A stretch of DNA of 64,000 nt from Gemmatimonadota bacterium. Its GTDB lineage: Bacteria; Gemmatimonadota; Gemmatimonadetes; Palauibacterales; Palauibacteraceae. A program made the translations under genes and the position numbers. The notes under the pieces were generated by a model that ran no database searches, had not been told where the DNA came from, and saw nothing but the letters and a program-made list of their open reading frames with translations. The stretch is taken from positions 406,734 to 470,733 of the forward strand of contig OY762926.1 of the NCBI GenBank assembly GCA_963666735.1, written 5' to 3'. Below are positions 18,033-25,425 of the stretch, in pieces; within the stretch, counting starts at the first letter, position 1, and every line of letters begins with the position of its first letter.

Positions 18033-18192
18033 CCGTGGGCACGGCCGCCGTCAAGGCGAGAACGGTCACCGTTTGCGAAGGTCGACGCCGCAGCCGAGGC
18101 AGGGTCGGGGAAACGGGGTTTCGCGTGACGCTGAGATGTGGACGGGACGATTCCAGATCACCGGTTAGTATGATATGACAATCGGAGGCACG

Positions 18193-18645
18193 ATGGCGTT
18201 ACCGCAAATCAGCAAAGCCATCCGCAACGAGTTTCGAGAGGTTCTTAGCGGCCATTTTGTTCTGCGAGATATCAGCGACATCGTCACGGCTGCCGGTTTC
18301 TCGGATGACGTCACTTGGGAGGCGTGGGGCAATCGTCGCAAACTCGCTGAAGATTATTTCGCAACCCTGAACCTGGCGAGGCAACGCGATATCGCCATGC
18401 TATTGGCGGCCGTCAATAAAACAGCCGTTCGGTTAACGGCAGACGGTATCCCTGAGGGCATTAGCGATCTCATCCGACTGATGAGGGAGAATGGCTACAG
18501 CTACGAGGATGGTACCTTCACGGCAGTGCAGCAGCAGAAGGCGGTAACGGAGGAGCTAATGATGTGGTCATTGTCTACCTACAATTTCATTTGCTACGGT
18601 AGTCCCGATGCTCTCGTGTTTCGAGATGGAGTTGCCCCGCTTTGA
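18193..18645 (+). CDS. Hypothetical small protein in ~50% GC segment (probably horizontally acquired)
   Basis: GGAGGC RBS; 150 aa, no recognisable motifs. GC is about 20 points below the flanks. Its TGA stop coincides with the putative left end of the IS3 element. Confidence 0.5.
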   Translation: MALPQISKAIRNEFREVLSGHFVLRDISDIVTAAGFSDDVTWEAWGNRRKLAEDYFATLNLARQRDIAMLLAAVNKTAVRLTADGIPEGISDLIRLMRENGYSYEDGTFTAVQQQKAVTEELMMWSLSTYNFICYGSPDALVFRDGVAPL

Positions 18646-18684
18646 CGGACACCTATCCATTGGGGTCAAGCAAGGAGGTGTTCC

Positions 18685-18999
18685 ATGGCGGGCCGGAAGG
18701 GGCGGTATCCATCCGAGTACAGGGAGCGGCTGGTGGAACTGGTGAGGGGCGGGCGTAGTGCCGCGTCACTCGCCCGGAAGTTCGAGCCGTCGGAGCAGAC
18801 GATCCGGAACTGGGTCCGGCAGGCGGATGTGGACGAGGGGTTCCGTAGCGACGGGCTGACAACGGAGGCGCGCAGCGAGCTGCGGCGCCTGGAGCGGGAG
18901 AACAAGCGGCTCAGGATGGAGCGCGACATCCTAAAAAAAGCCGCGGCCTGGTTCGCGAGGGAGAGCGGATCGATCCCCGGCGGGGGTATGCGTTCATGA
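18685..18999 (+). CDS. IS3-family transposase OrfA (HTH/leucine zipper)
   Basis: 'GRYPSEYRERLVELVRGGRSAASLARKFEPSEQTIRNWVRQ' HTH; 'LRRLERENKRLRMERDILKKAAAWF' zipper plus frameshift window. Confidence 0.85.
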   Translation: MAGRKGRYPSEYRERLVELVRGGRSAASLARKFEPSEQTIRNWVRQADVDEGFRSDGLTTEARSELRRLERENKRLRMERDILKKAAAWFARESGSIPGGGMRS

Positions 19000-19844
19000 G
19001 GGCGCACCGGGCCGAGTTCCCGCTTCGGGCCATGTGCCGGGTGCTGGGTCTCTCCCCCAGCGGCTACTACGACTGGTTGAGGCGTCCTCCCTCGGACCGC
19101 GCGCGTCGGGACGCGGAACTGGAGGCGCGGATCGCGAAGATATGGACCGGCAGCGGCGAGACGTACGGCCGTCCGCGGATCCACGCGGCGCTCAGGGCCG
19201 AGGGCGAGCGGGTGGGGCAGAAGCGCGTGGGGCGGCTGATGAGGGGGCTGGAGATCGAGGGCGCGACCAGGCGGCGCTTCAAGACGGCGACGACGAAGAG
19301 GGATGCCGAGGCCCGCCCCGCGCCGGACCTGGTGGACCGTGACTTCTCGGCCTCGGGGCCCGACGAGCTGTGGGTGGCCGACATCACCTACGTCCCCACG
19401 TGGGCTGGCTGGCTGTATCTGGCCGTCGTGCTCGACGTCTGGAGCCGCCGCGTCGTCGGCTGGGCCATGGCGACGCACATGCGGACCGAGCTCGTCGAGA
19501 CCGCGCTGGCGATGGCTCTCGCAAGGCGTCGTCCCGAGGGTCGTGTCGTGCATCATTCCGACAGGGGCTCGCAGTACACCTCGCTCGCCTTCGGGGAGCG
19601 CTGCCGCGAGTCGGGCATCGCCCAGTCCATGGGCTCGGCGGGCGATGCGTACGACAACGCCATGTGCGAGAGCTTCTTCGCCACCCTCGAGTGCGAGCTG
19701 ATCTGGAAGCGCTCGTTCCGCACGGCGGACGAGGCGCGACGGGAGGTCTTCGGCTTCATCGAGGGCTTCTACAACACCCGGCGGCTGCACTCGGCACTCG
19801 GCTACGAGTCGCCGGCCGACTACGAGAGCAACCATGCGGCCTGA
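18996..19844 (+). CDS. IS3-family transposase OrfB (integrase-core DDE), translated via -1 frameshift from orfA
   Basis: 'LWVADITYVPTWAGWLYLAVVLDVWSRRVVGW' (D), 'HSDRGSQYTS' (D), 'GDAYDNAMCESFFATLECE' (E) rve-domain motifs. Confidence 0.85.
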   Translation: MRAHRAEFPLRAMCRVLGLSPSGYYDWLRRPPSDRARRDAELEARIAKIWTGSGETYGRPRIHAALRAEGERVGQKRVGRLMRGLEIEGATRRRFKTATTKRDAEARPAPDLVDRDFSASGPDELWVADITYVPTWAGWLYLAVVLDVWSRRVVGWAMATHMRTELVETALAMALARRRPEGRVVHHSDRGSQYTSLAFGERCRESGIAQSMGSAGDAYDNAMCESFFATLECELIWKRSFRTADEARREVFGFIEGFYNTRRLHSALGYESPADYESNHAA

Positions 19845-19942
19845 GGCGCACCCGCGGCGCACACCGACATCCTCTCCCGAGCGCCTGAGGGAGGCTGAAA
19901 GGAGAAGAACCGGAGGCGATCAACCACAGAAACTAACCGTCC

Positions 19943-20791
19943 GTGAAAGCGGGACAGCTCCAAGATCATACGGGTTCCAGTACATTCTCGAGGGGTCGGT
20001 TGTTCGAGTACACGAGTGAGGTGCTGAAGCTCCGGTATGAGACGGACGTGTCTTCGCTCGCCAAGCTGCCTGCTCTTATTGTCGCGGAGGCTATGCCTGA
20101 CGGGAAACCCGAGACACCCGCTTTCCTTGCACAGATTGGCGATGTCCACATTGGCGGTGACGATGTCCGGTTCCGGTTTCGACGGATCGAGACGGAGCAG
20201 TTCAGTTCTGAGGAGATATTTGAATCACGACGGTTCGACACAGGACGCTGGGAGCACTCACGGACGCACTGGGCGGTCAAGGAAGGCGATGTGCTTGAGG
20301 GGCTCTTCCTTTTTTTCGCTGATCGCGCGAGCGCGCAAGAAGCGCTGTTCCCGAGTATTGCAAAACCACGATTTGTTCGCCTCGACGATTGGCCTGCACC
20401 GGTCTTGGGACACGTCGCCGTCATGATGCCGTTCGATCGTGAGTATGACGTCGTCTATGACCGGATTCGGAAGGCTTGCGACATCCACAAACTTGACGCC
20501 GTACGAGTTGACGACATCTATGGGCCCAGTAGCATCATCGACGATGTTTTCAAACTCATTGTGCAAAGCAGATTTGTGATCAGTGATCTGACTAACAAGA
20601 ACCCAAATGTCTTATACGAAACTGGTATCGCCCACGCACGCAACAGCGAAGTCATAATGATCGTGCAGAGTGATGCGGATATACCGTTTGATCTCCGGCA
20701 TATTAGGTATATCAAATATCTCCCCAATGATGAAGGATATAGTCAACTCGAAACGGATCTGGTGAAAGCGATCGCTGCGATTGTTGAATGA
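19943..20791 (+). CDS. Hypothetical protein with C-terminal SLOG/TIR-like Rossmann domain (nucleoside 2-deoxyribosyltransferase-like); possible defence effector, N-terminus possibly truncated by IS3
   Basis: ~50% GC. C-terminal 'VAVMMPFDREYDVVYDRIRKACDIHKLDAVRVDD...IVQSRFVISDLTNKNPNVLYETGIAHARNSEVIMIV' fits the Nuc_deoxyrib_tr/SLOG pattern (D..GTafE.GyA.a.gK.vi). GTG start lies inside the putative IS3 right end. Confidence 0.5.
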   Translation: MKAGQLQDHTGSSTFSRGRLFEYTSEVLKLRYETDVSSLAKLPALIVAEAMPDGKPETPAFLAQIGDVHIGGDDVRFRFRRIETEQFSSEEIFESRRFDTGRWEHSRTHWAVKEGDVLEGLFLFFADRASAQEALFPSIAKPRFVRLDDWPAPVLGHVAVMMPFDREYDVVYDRIRKACDIHKLDAVRVDDIYGPSSIIDDVFKLIVQSRFVISDLTNKNPNVLYETGIAHARNSEVIMIVQSDADIPFDLRHIRYIKYLPNDEGYSQLETDLVKAIAAIVE

Positions 20792-20883
20792 TTGCAGTGG
20801 AGGCATCGCAGAACCGGAGGTGGCGCGGGGATACTGTGGCGGTCGAGGAGGACCGGAAGACGAGGCGGTCGTTGTGGGTGGAG

Positions 20884-22401
20884 TTACGATATGGATGGCG
20901 AGGGTTGAGTCGTGCCGCCAGGCATGCGCAGCCGCTTGCCCTCGCTTTCGGCCTCGTCGGGATCCAGGAAGGCATGGCACGCTTCCAGCTCCCGTTCCGT
21001 CTCTCGAAGCGAGGTCCAGGCGACGGCAAGGGTCCACCGCTGGGCGTAGCTGAGCATGTCGATCAAAGGCTGGGGCCGGCGGTCGGTTCGGGACAGCGCA
21101 GGGAGTGCGGCGAGGTAGTTGTTTCGGTACGCGGTCGGGATGATGATTCGCTCCTCACCGGCTGCCACGAGCTCCGCATTCATCATCACGCGCGCGACGC
21201 GTCCGTTTCCGTCCGCGAAGGGATGCACCTCGGCCACGAGGAACATCATGTAGACCGCCCGGGCAAGAGGCGACTCGAGGCTGCGATACAGAGAGAAGCC
21301 TCGCTCCAGCGTCCCTGATACCAGATCGGGGAGGACGAAGTGGGTGCCGCCGGCCTTGTTCGCAGCGTCCTTGAACTCGCCGGGGCGCATTTCGGGACGC
21401 CCTGCCATGATACGCCGGTGGCGGCTTCGCAGGAGACTCGTAAGCTCCGCTGGATCCCTCGGTGTGCGCGTCATCTCCTGTGGATCGGAGACCAAACGCC
21501 ACGTTCCGATCACATCGCGAGCATCTGCGGGTCTGCGCTGTGGAATCTCGCCGTCGAAAACGATTCGCACGGCCTCGTCGACCAGGAACTCGGTGCCCTC
21601 GACGAAGTTCGAGAAGTATGCCTCGAAGAACGCCAGCGTGGCGCGGCCCTGCCCATCCCGGTGCGGTGCGGATCGTACGGTCGGAGGATGGTCGCGGAGC
21701 GCCCGATGCAGCTTGTGAAACAATTCCATGCGGTCGGGATCGTAGGCGTTCGCCCGGCTGCGGGCCCGCGCAAGCGGTGAATCGAGTTCACTGCGGCGGG
21801 TGCCGAGGAGAGTGCCGATGAGAGCGTCGAGGCGGGCCGCCTCCGTCTCCAGACCGAGTTCGGCGGCCACGGCGCGGGCCTCGTCCCGCAGCTGCTTGAC
21901 GGCCGGTTCGCCGGAGTGACGGATAAGGCGATCGAGTGCTTCCTCAATCTGAGCCTGGGGGAGCGTGCGTGGCACCCGGCCGCCCCGGGTCCGAGACGGG
22001 CGCAGGTTCTGCAGGTAGGCCCGGGTCCTCGAGCTGAGGTATAGTCCTTCGGCGAAGGGCATATCGGATGTGATCGGTCCGGAACCGCGTCTCGGACGGA
22101 GTACGATGCCCGGCAACTCGATGGTCCTGCCGCGCTCGCTGACGAGGCATACGGAGCCATCGGACGCGGGGGCCGCCTCGAAGGCCGTGCGGTCGGCGAC
22201 CAGGGCACCTGGAAAATACCCGGCGACGATCATCCACAGGTTGCGTTTCACGATCTCCCTGGGCGCATCCTCCAGGTTCTTCGTGTAGAGGCGGGACGCG
22301 AGCTTGCGCAGCGTCCCGGCCTTCACGGCCCGCGACACTTCACCGCTGATCGCCGTATGCGACACGAAGGCTTCGGGCAGTTCGTCCAGCGTGCGGTTCA
22401 T
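20884..22401 (-). CDS. Fic/Doc-family protein (Fido domain), long form
   Basis: Start trimmed to 'MNRTLDELPEAF'. Canonical Fic motif 'HPFADGNGRVARV'. About 505 aa with a long N-terminal region. Confidence 0.8.
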   Translation of the reverse strand: MNRTLDELPEAFVSHTAISGEVSRAVKAGTLRKLASRLYTKNLEDAPREIVKRNLWMIVAGYFPGALVADRTAFEAAPASDGSVCLVSERGRTIELPGIVLRPRRGSGPITSDMPFAEGLYLSSRTRAYLQNLRPSRTRGGRVPRTLPQAQIEEALDRLIRHSGEPAVKQLRDEARAVAAELGLETEAARLDALIGTLLGTRRSELDSPLARARSRANAYDPDRMELFHKLHRALRDHPPTVRSAPHRDGQGRATLAFFEAYFSNFVEGTEFLVDEAVRIVFDGEIPQRRPADARDVIGTWRLVSDPQEMTRTPRDPAELTSLLRSRHRRIMAGRPEMRPGEFKDAANKAGGTHFVLPDLVSGTLERGFSLYRSLESPLARAVYMMFLVAEVHPFADGNGRVARVMMNAELVAAGEERIIIPTAYRNNYLAALPALSRTDRRPQPLIDMLSYAQRWTLAVAWTSLRETERELEACHAFLDPDEAESEGKRLRMPGGTTQPSPSIS

Positions 22402-22445
22402 CGAATTTTTCCGAGGATAACGATAAGAGAATCGCGCAAAACGCA

Positions 22446-22484
22446 AATTATCTTAACATAAGGAGCCCGAAATGCGAAAAAAGT
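22446..22484 (+). repeat. 39-bp low-GC direct repeat copy 1 (left flank of the 22629-24650 cassette; Fic promoter region)
   Basis: 'AATTATCTTAACATAAGGAGCCCGAAATGCGAAAAAAGT' versus copy 2 at 24711-24749, 35/39 identical. Sits in a ~40% GC stretch within a ~70% GC genome. Confidence 0.75.
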
Positions 22485-22628
22485 GCACTTATCGTTTTCC
22501 GGGAAGCTGATCCTGCGTCGCCCCTCGACCGAACACCGCACCCGAGCGAGCCCGGCCGGCGACGGTTTCACACGCCGGGAAGCGTTTCGTAGGCTGCGGG
22601 CAATCGACAACTCAACCGTCTGGCTTCC

Positions 22629-24650
22629 ATGGCCCTGAATCCCGTCGCCTACATCGAGAAGGTTGCGAAGAGTTTCCTCCGCTACCAGCTCACGGCCTAC
22701 CCCTTCTCCGACCCTCACCTCCTGGAGCAGATGCGGGAACTGCTGTCGCTGGACCACACCCGTGCCTCCCCGCTTCTCAGGGAGACCTCTGTCGGCGCGT
22801 CATCGTCGCTTGCGGGTGAGACGCTTCAAGCCATGGCGGTGTGCGATGTCGACCTAAGCCACACATCCCATATCTCCGACGACGAGGAACTGCACTTCCA
22901 GCTGGGTGTTGCGGTGTACGGCCTCGAACTCGGACAGCACAGTGGCGGGCGGGCGTACGGCTGGGGGGAGAGGTCGCTCCTCATGCGGCGAGGCGTACGC
23001 ATGCGCCTCGTCAACGTCGGTGCTTCGGAGCCGATCAGGGCAAGAGACAGCTTCGGCTATCCCGTCTGTACGATCTGCGGCCAGAGCGTGTCGCCGCTGT
23101 CATCTCAACGGCAACGTCAGAGCTTCCGCGAATCGCACCGTGATCGTTGCGGACGTGAGCCGAGGCGGGTCGGGTTCTACGCCGATATCGCGGCCGACGC
23201 GTTGTCGCTGCGCGAGTGCGTCAATGCTACCCAGGCCTACAGCGTTCTCGAGGCGTTGCGGATCGGCGCGACCCGTATCCTCGACATGCACATGGAGGAT
23301 CTGCAGATCCTCGTCATTGGCGAGATCGGACGCGACGAGGTGTTGGGTCTCCTATGGGATCCGATGCCCGGAGGGTCCGGGCTGCTCGACCGCCTGTGCG
23401 AGCGCTTCGCGGAGATCGTAGCTGTCGCCCGCGAGGTCGTAGAGGGGTGCCCGAGCGTCTGCGGGTCGTCGTGTATCGATTGTCTGCAGACCTTCCGCAA
23501 CGCGTACTACCACTCCAGCCTGGATCGGAGGGCCGCTCTGGACGCGCTCGGGGAGTGGGGAGAGCAACTCGCGTTCCGGCACGATGTCCCGCCGCGGCAA
23601 CCTGCATCCACGCCCGCCGATGATGCGGTGCCCGTCAATCTGGCCGAGAGGAAGCTGCGCCATCTCCTCCTCCGGGCGGGATTCGGGGAGGGCACGCGCG
23701 GAGAACAGATCCGGCTCGACAGCGCCCTTGGCACGACTACGCCCGACGTCATCTACCGCGACGATGATGACGATTTCTGCAAGGGCGTATGCATCTACCT
23801 CGACGGAATGAGCGCGCATCTGCACGGCAGCCCCGAGACCGCCGCGAGGGATCGGGAAATTCGCCACTGGCTACGGGGCAGCGGCTACGAAGTCCTGGAG
23901 ATTCCAGCCAACGAACTCGACGACGAGGGCGCCATGACGGGCCATTTCCGTCGCCTCGCGAACTATCTGGGCCAACCCAATCGCGGGCGAGATCTTTCCG
24001 ACGACCGGAGTTGGTTCGCGGATCCCGATCCAGCGGGGAAAACAGACGATCCAGCGGACAGCCCGCGCTTGCGCCTGGTTACCCCCACTCCCGAGAGTCG
24101 CTACCAAACATGCGTCCCGCTGGTGCCGCTGCGGGCGGCGGCGGGAGCCTTCGGCGATCCGAACGAGACACTTGACGAGTGGGACCGGGACTGGGTAGCC
24201 GCCGACACGGTTCGTCGGCTCCGGGACGGAATGTTCGTGGCTCGCGTGACCGGCCGCTCGATGGAGCCGCGTATTCCCGATGGTTCGTATTGCCTCTTCG
24301 CAAGTCCTGTAACCGGCTCGCGCCAAGGGCGCACGGTGCTGGTGATCATGCGGGACGATGTGGACCCGGAGACGGGCGCCCGGTTCACCATGAAGCGATA
24401 CCGAAGCAAGAAGATGGAAGATGAGCATGGCTGGCGACACGCCAAGATCAGCCTGGAGCCAACCAACCCGGATTTCGACCCCATCATCCTCAGAGTGGAT
24501 GACGAGGCGGCGGTGGGTGTCGTGGCGGAACTCGTTGAAGTCCTCGGTCGCGACCCCCCCGAGCCGCGATTGGGTACGGCCCCGGAGCTGATCCGACGGA
24601 TGGGGGATGACTTCGACGAGCCGCTCCCGGATTTCTCGGAGCATCAGTGA
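22629..24650 (+). CDS. Multidomain protein: DUF1998-like (DrmB/MrfB-type) N-terminal zinc module + Vsr/DUF559-like endonuclease fold + C-terminal LexA-type S24 autopeptidase
   Basis: 673 aa. N-terminus 'NPVAYIEKVAKSFLRYQLTAYPF'. Cys cluster C147/C150 ('YPVCTICGQ') and 'CPSVCGSSCIDC' (aa 274-285). aa 373-445 'DVIYRDDDDDF...VCIYLDGMSAHLHG...DREIRHWLRGSGYEVLEI'. aa 495-640 aligns to LexA/UmuD/CI: 'PLVPLRAAAGAFGDP' (Ala505-Gly506), 'GRSMEP' (Ser544), 'MKRY' (Lys589). No helicase or ATPase motifs. Confidence 0.65.
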   Translation: MALNPVAYIEKVAKSFLRYQLTAYPFSDPHLLEQMRELLSLDHTRASPLLRETSVGASSSLAGETLQAMAVCDVDLSHTSHISDDEELHFQLGVAVYGLELGQHSGGRAYGWGERSLLMRRGVRMRLVNVGASEPIRARDSFGYPVCTICGQSVSPLSSQRQRQSFRESHRDRCGREPRRVGFYADIAADALSLRECVNATQAYSVLEALRIGATRILDMHMEDLQILVIGEIGRDEVLGLLWDPMPGGSGLLDRLCERFAEIVAVAREVVEGCPSVCGSSCIDCLQTFRNAYYHSSLDRRAALDALGEWGEQLAFRHDVPPRQPASTPADDAVPVNLAERKLRHLLLRAGFGEGTRGEQIRLDSALGTTTPDVIYRDDDDDFCKGVCIYLDGMSAHLHGSPETAARDREIRHWLRGSGYEVLEIPANELDDEGAMTGHFRRLANYLGQPNRGRDLSDDRSWFADPDPAGKTDDPADSPRLRLVTPTPESRYQTCVPLVPLRAAAGAFGDPNETLDEWDRDWVAADTVRRLRDGMFVARVTGRSMEPRIPDGSYCLFASPVTGSRQGRTVLVIMRDDVDPETGARFTMKRYRSKKMEDEHGWRHAKISLEPTNPDFDPIILRVDDEAAVGVVAELVEVLGRDPPEPRLGTAPELIRRMGDDFDEPLPDFSEHQ

Positions 24651-24710
24651 GCGAACATCAAGAACCGAGATTATTCGAACGGTAAGGGTTCCGCAGGACT
24701 CGAAAATGAG

Positions 24711-24749
24711 AATTATCTCAACATAAGAAGCCCTAAACGCGAAAAAAGT
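24711..24749 (+). repeat. 39-bp low-GC direct repeat copy 2 (right flank of cassette)
   Basis: 'AATTATCTCAACATAAGAAGCCCTAAACGCGAAAAAAGT'; lies between the converging 3' ends of genes 22629-24650 and 24799-25407. Confidence 0.75.
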
Positions 24750-24798
24750 AGCTTTAGCCTGTGGCGTGACGTCAACTCCGGATTGGAATCAGGGGCTT

Positions 24799-25407
24799 CT
24801 ACCCGCCGTCCATGACTTGGGCCCACTGGCCGGGGATGCTGTTCCACTTCTCGGGCGCCGTAGCCTTGACGATCGGGGAGGGGTGAGGGGATTCCACCAG
24901 ACGCAGATCCCCTGCTTGGTCCGCCACCTTCGCCTTCGCCTTGGCGGCATTCCGGCCGACGAACACGACTGAGTCGAGCCGCGGCAAGAGTCGGATAAGC
25001 TGTGCGACGCGCTCGATCCCCGCGTTGAGTTCCATATTGGTAACCTTCAGGGTGCCGTTCCACCACGGGATCACATTCCAGAGTACGGCCTCGTAACGCG
25101 GCACCCCCGCGTCGCGCATGAACCGGAAGGTCGCCTCCGCCGTGGGGTCGTTGTTGTCCCGGCTAATGAAGCCGGATCCGCCTTCGTCGGGGCTCGTCTT
25201 GGGTCCGGGCTTCTCGAACAGGAAGAGAACCCGTGCGGCAGTGCCTCCGTCCAACGGGTCGAAGCAGGGGACAAACGTCGCCGGCTTCTCGGCCCGCAAC
25301 TCCCTTGTGAAGTCGGTCAGCGGCCGAACGTGCGGCAGGTCGAGAAGGCCTTGCCGGCGCTTACACTCCTCGGGGTTGCCGAGCGTCCGCGGCGTCGTCG
25401 GGTGCAA
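24799..25407 (-). CDS. Uracil-DNA glycosylase superfamily protein (UDG-like, unclassified family)
   Basis: 'LFLFEKPGPKTSPDEGGSGF' (motif-A-like E.PG) and C-terminal 'ESPHPSPIV' (HPSP motif-B-like). TTG start 18 nt after the aminotransferase stop, suggesting co-transcription. Confidence 0.5.
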   Translation of the reverse strand: MHPTTPRTLGNPEECKRRQGLLDLPHVRPLTDFTRELRAEKPATFVPCFDPLDGGTAARVLFLFEKPGPKTSPDEGGSGFISRDNNDPTAEATFRFMRDAGVPRYEAVLWNVIPWWNGTLKVTNMELNAGIERVAQLIRLLPRLDSVVFVGRNAAKAKAKVADQAGDLRLVESPHPSPIVKATAPEKWNSIPGQWAQVMDGG

Positions 25408-25425
25408 GCTCGCCTGTCCGATCGT

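Larger units (their letters stand above)
18643..19946 (+). mobile_element. IS3-family insertion sequence (~1.3 kb), two ORFs with a -1 frameshift
   Basis: orfA/orfB arrangement with an A AAA AAG slippery heptamer at 18933-18940. Putative ends 'TGACGGAC' (18643) and 'GTCCGTGA' (19939-19946) are only weakly inverted; boundaries approximate. Confidence 0.6.
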
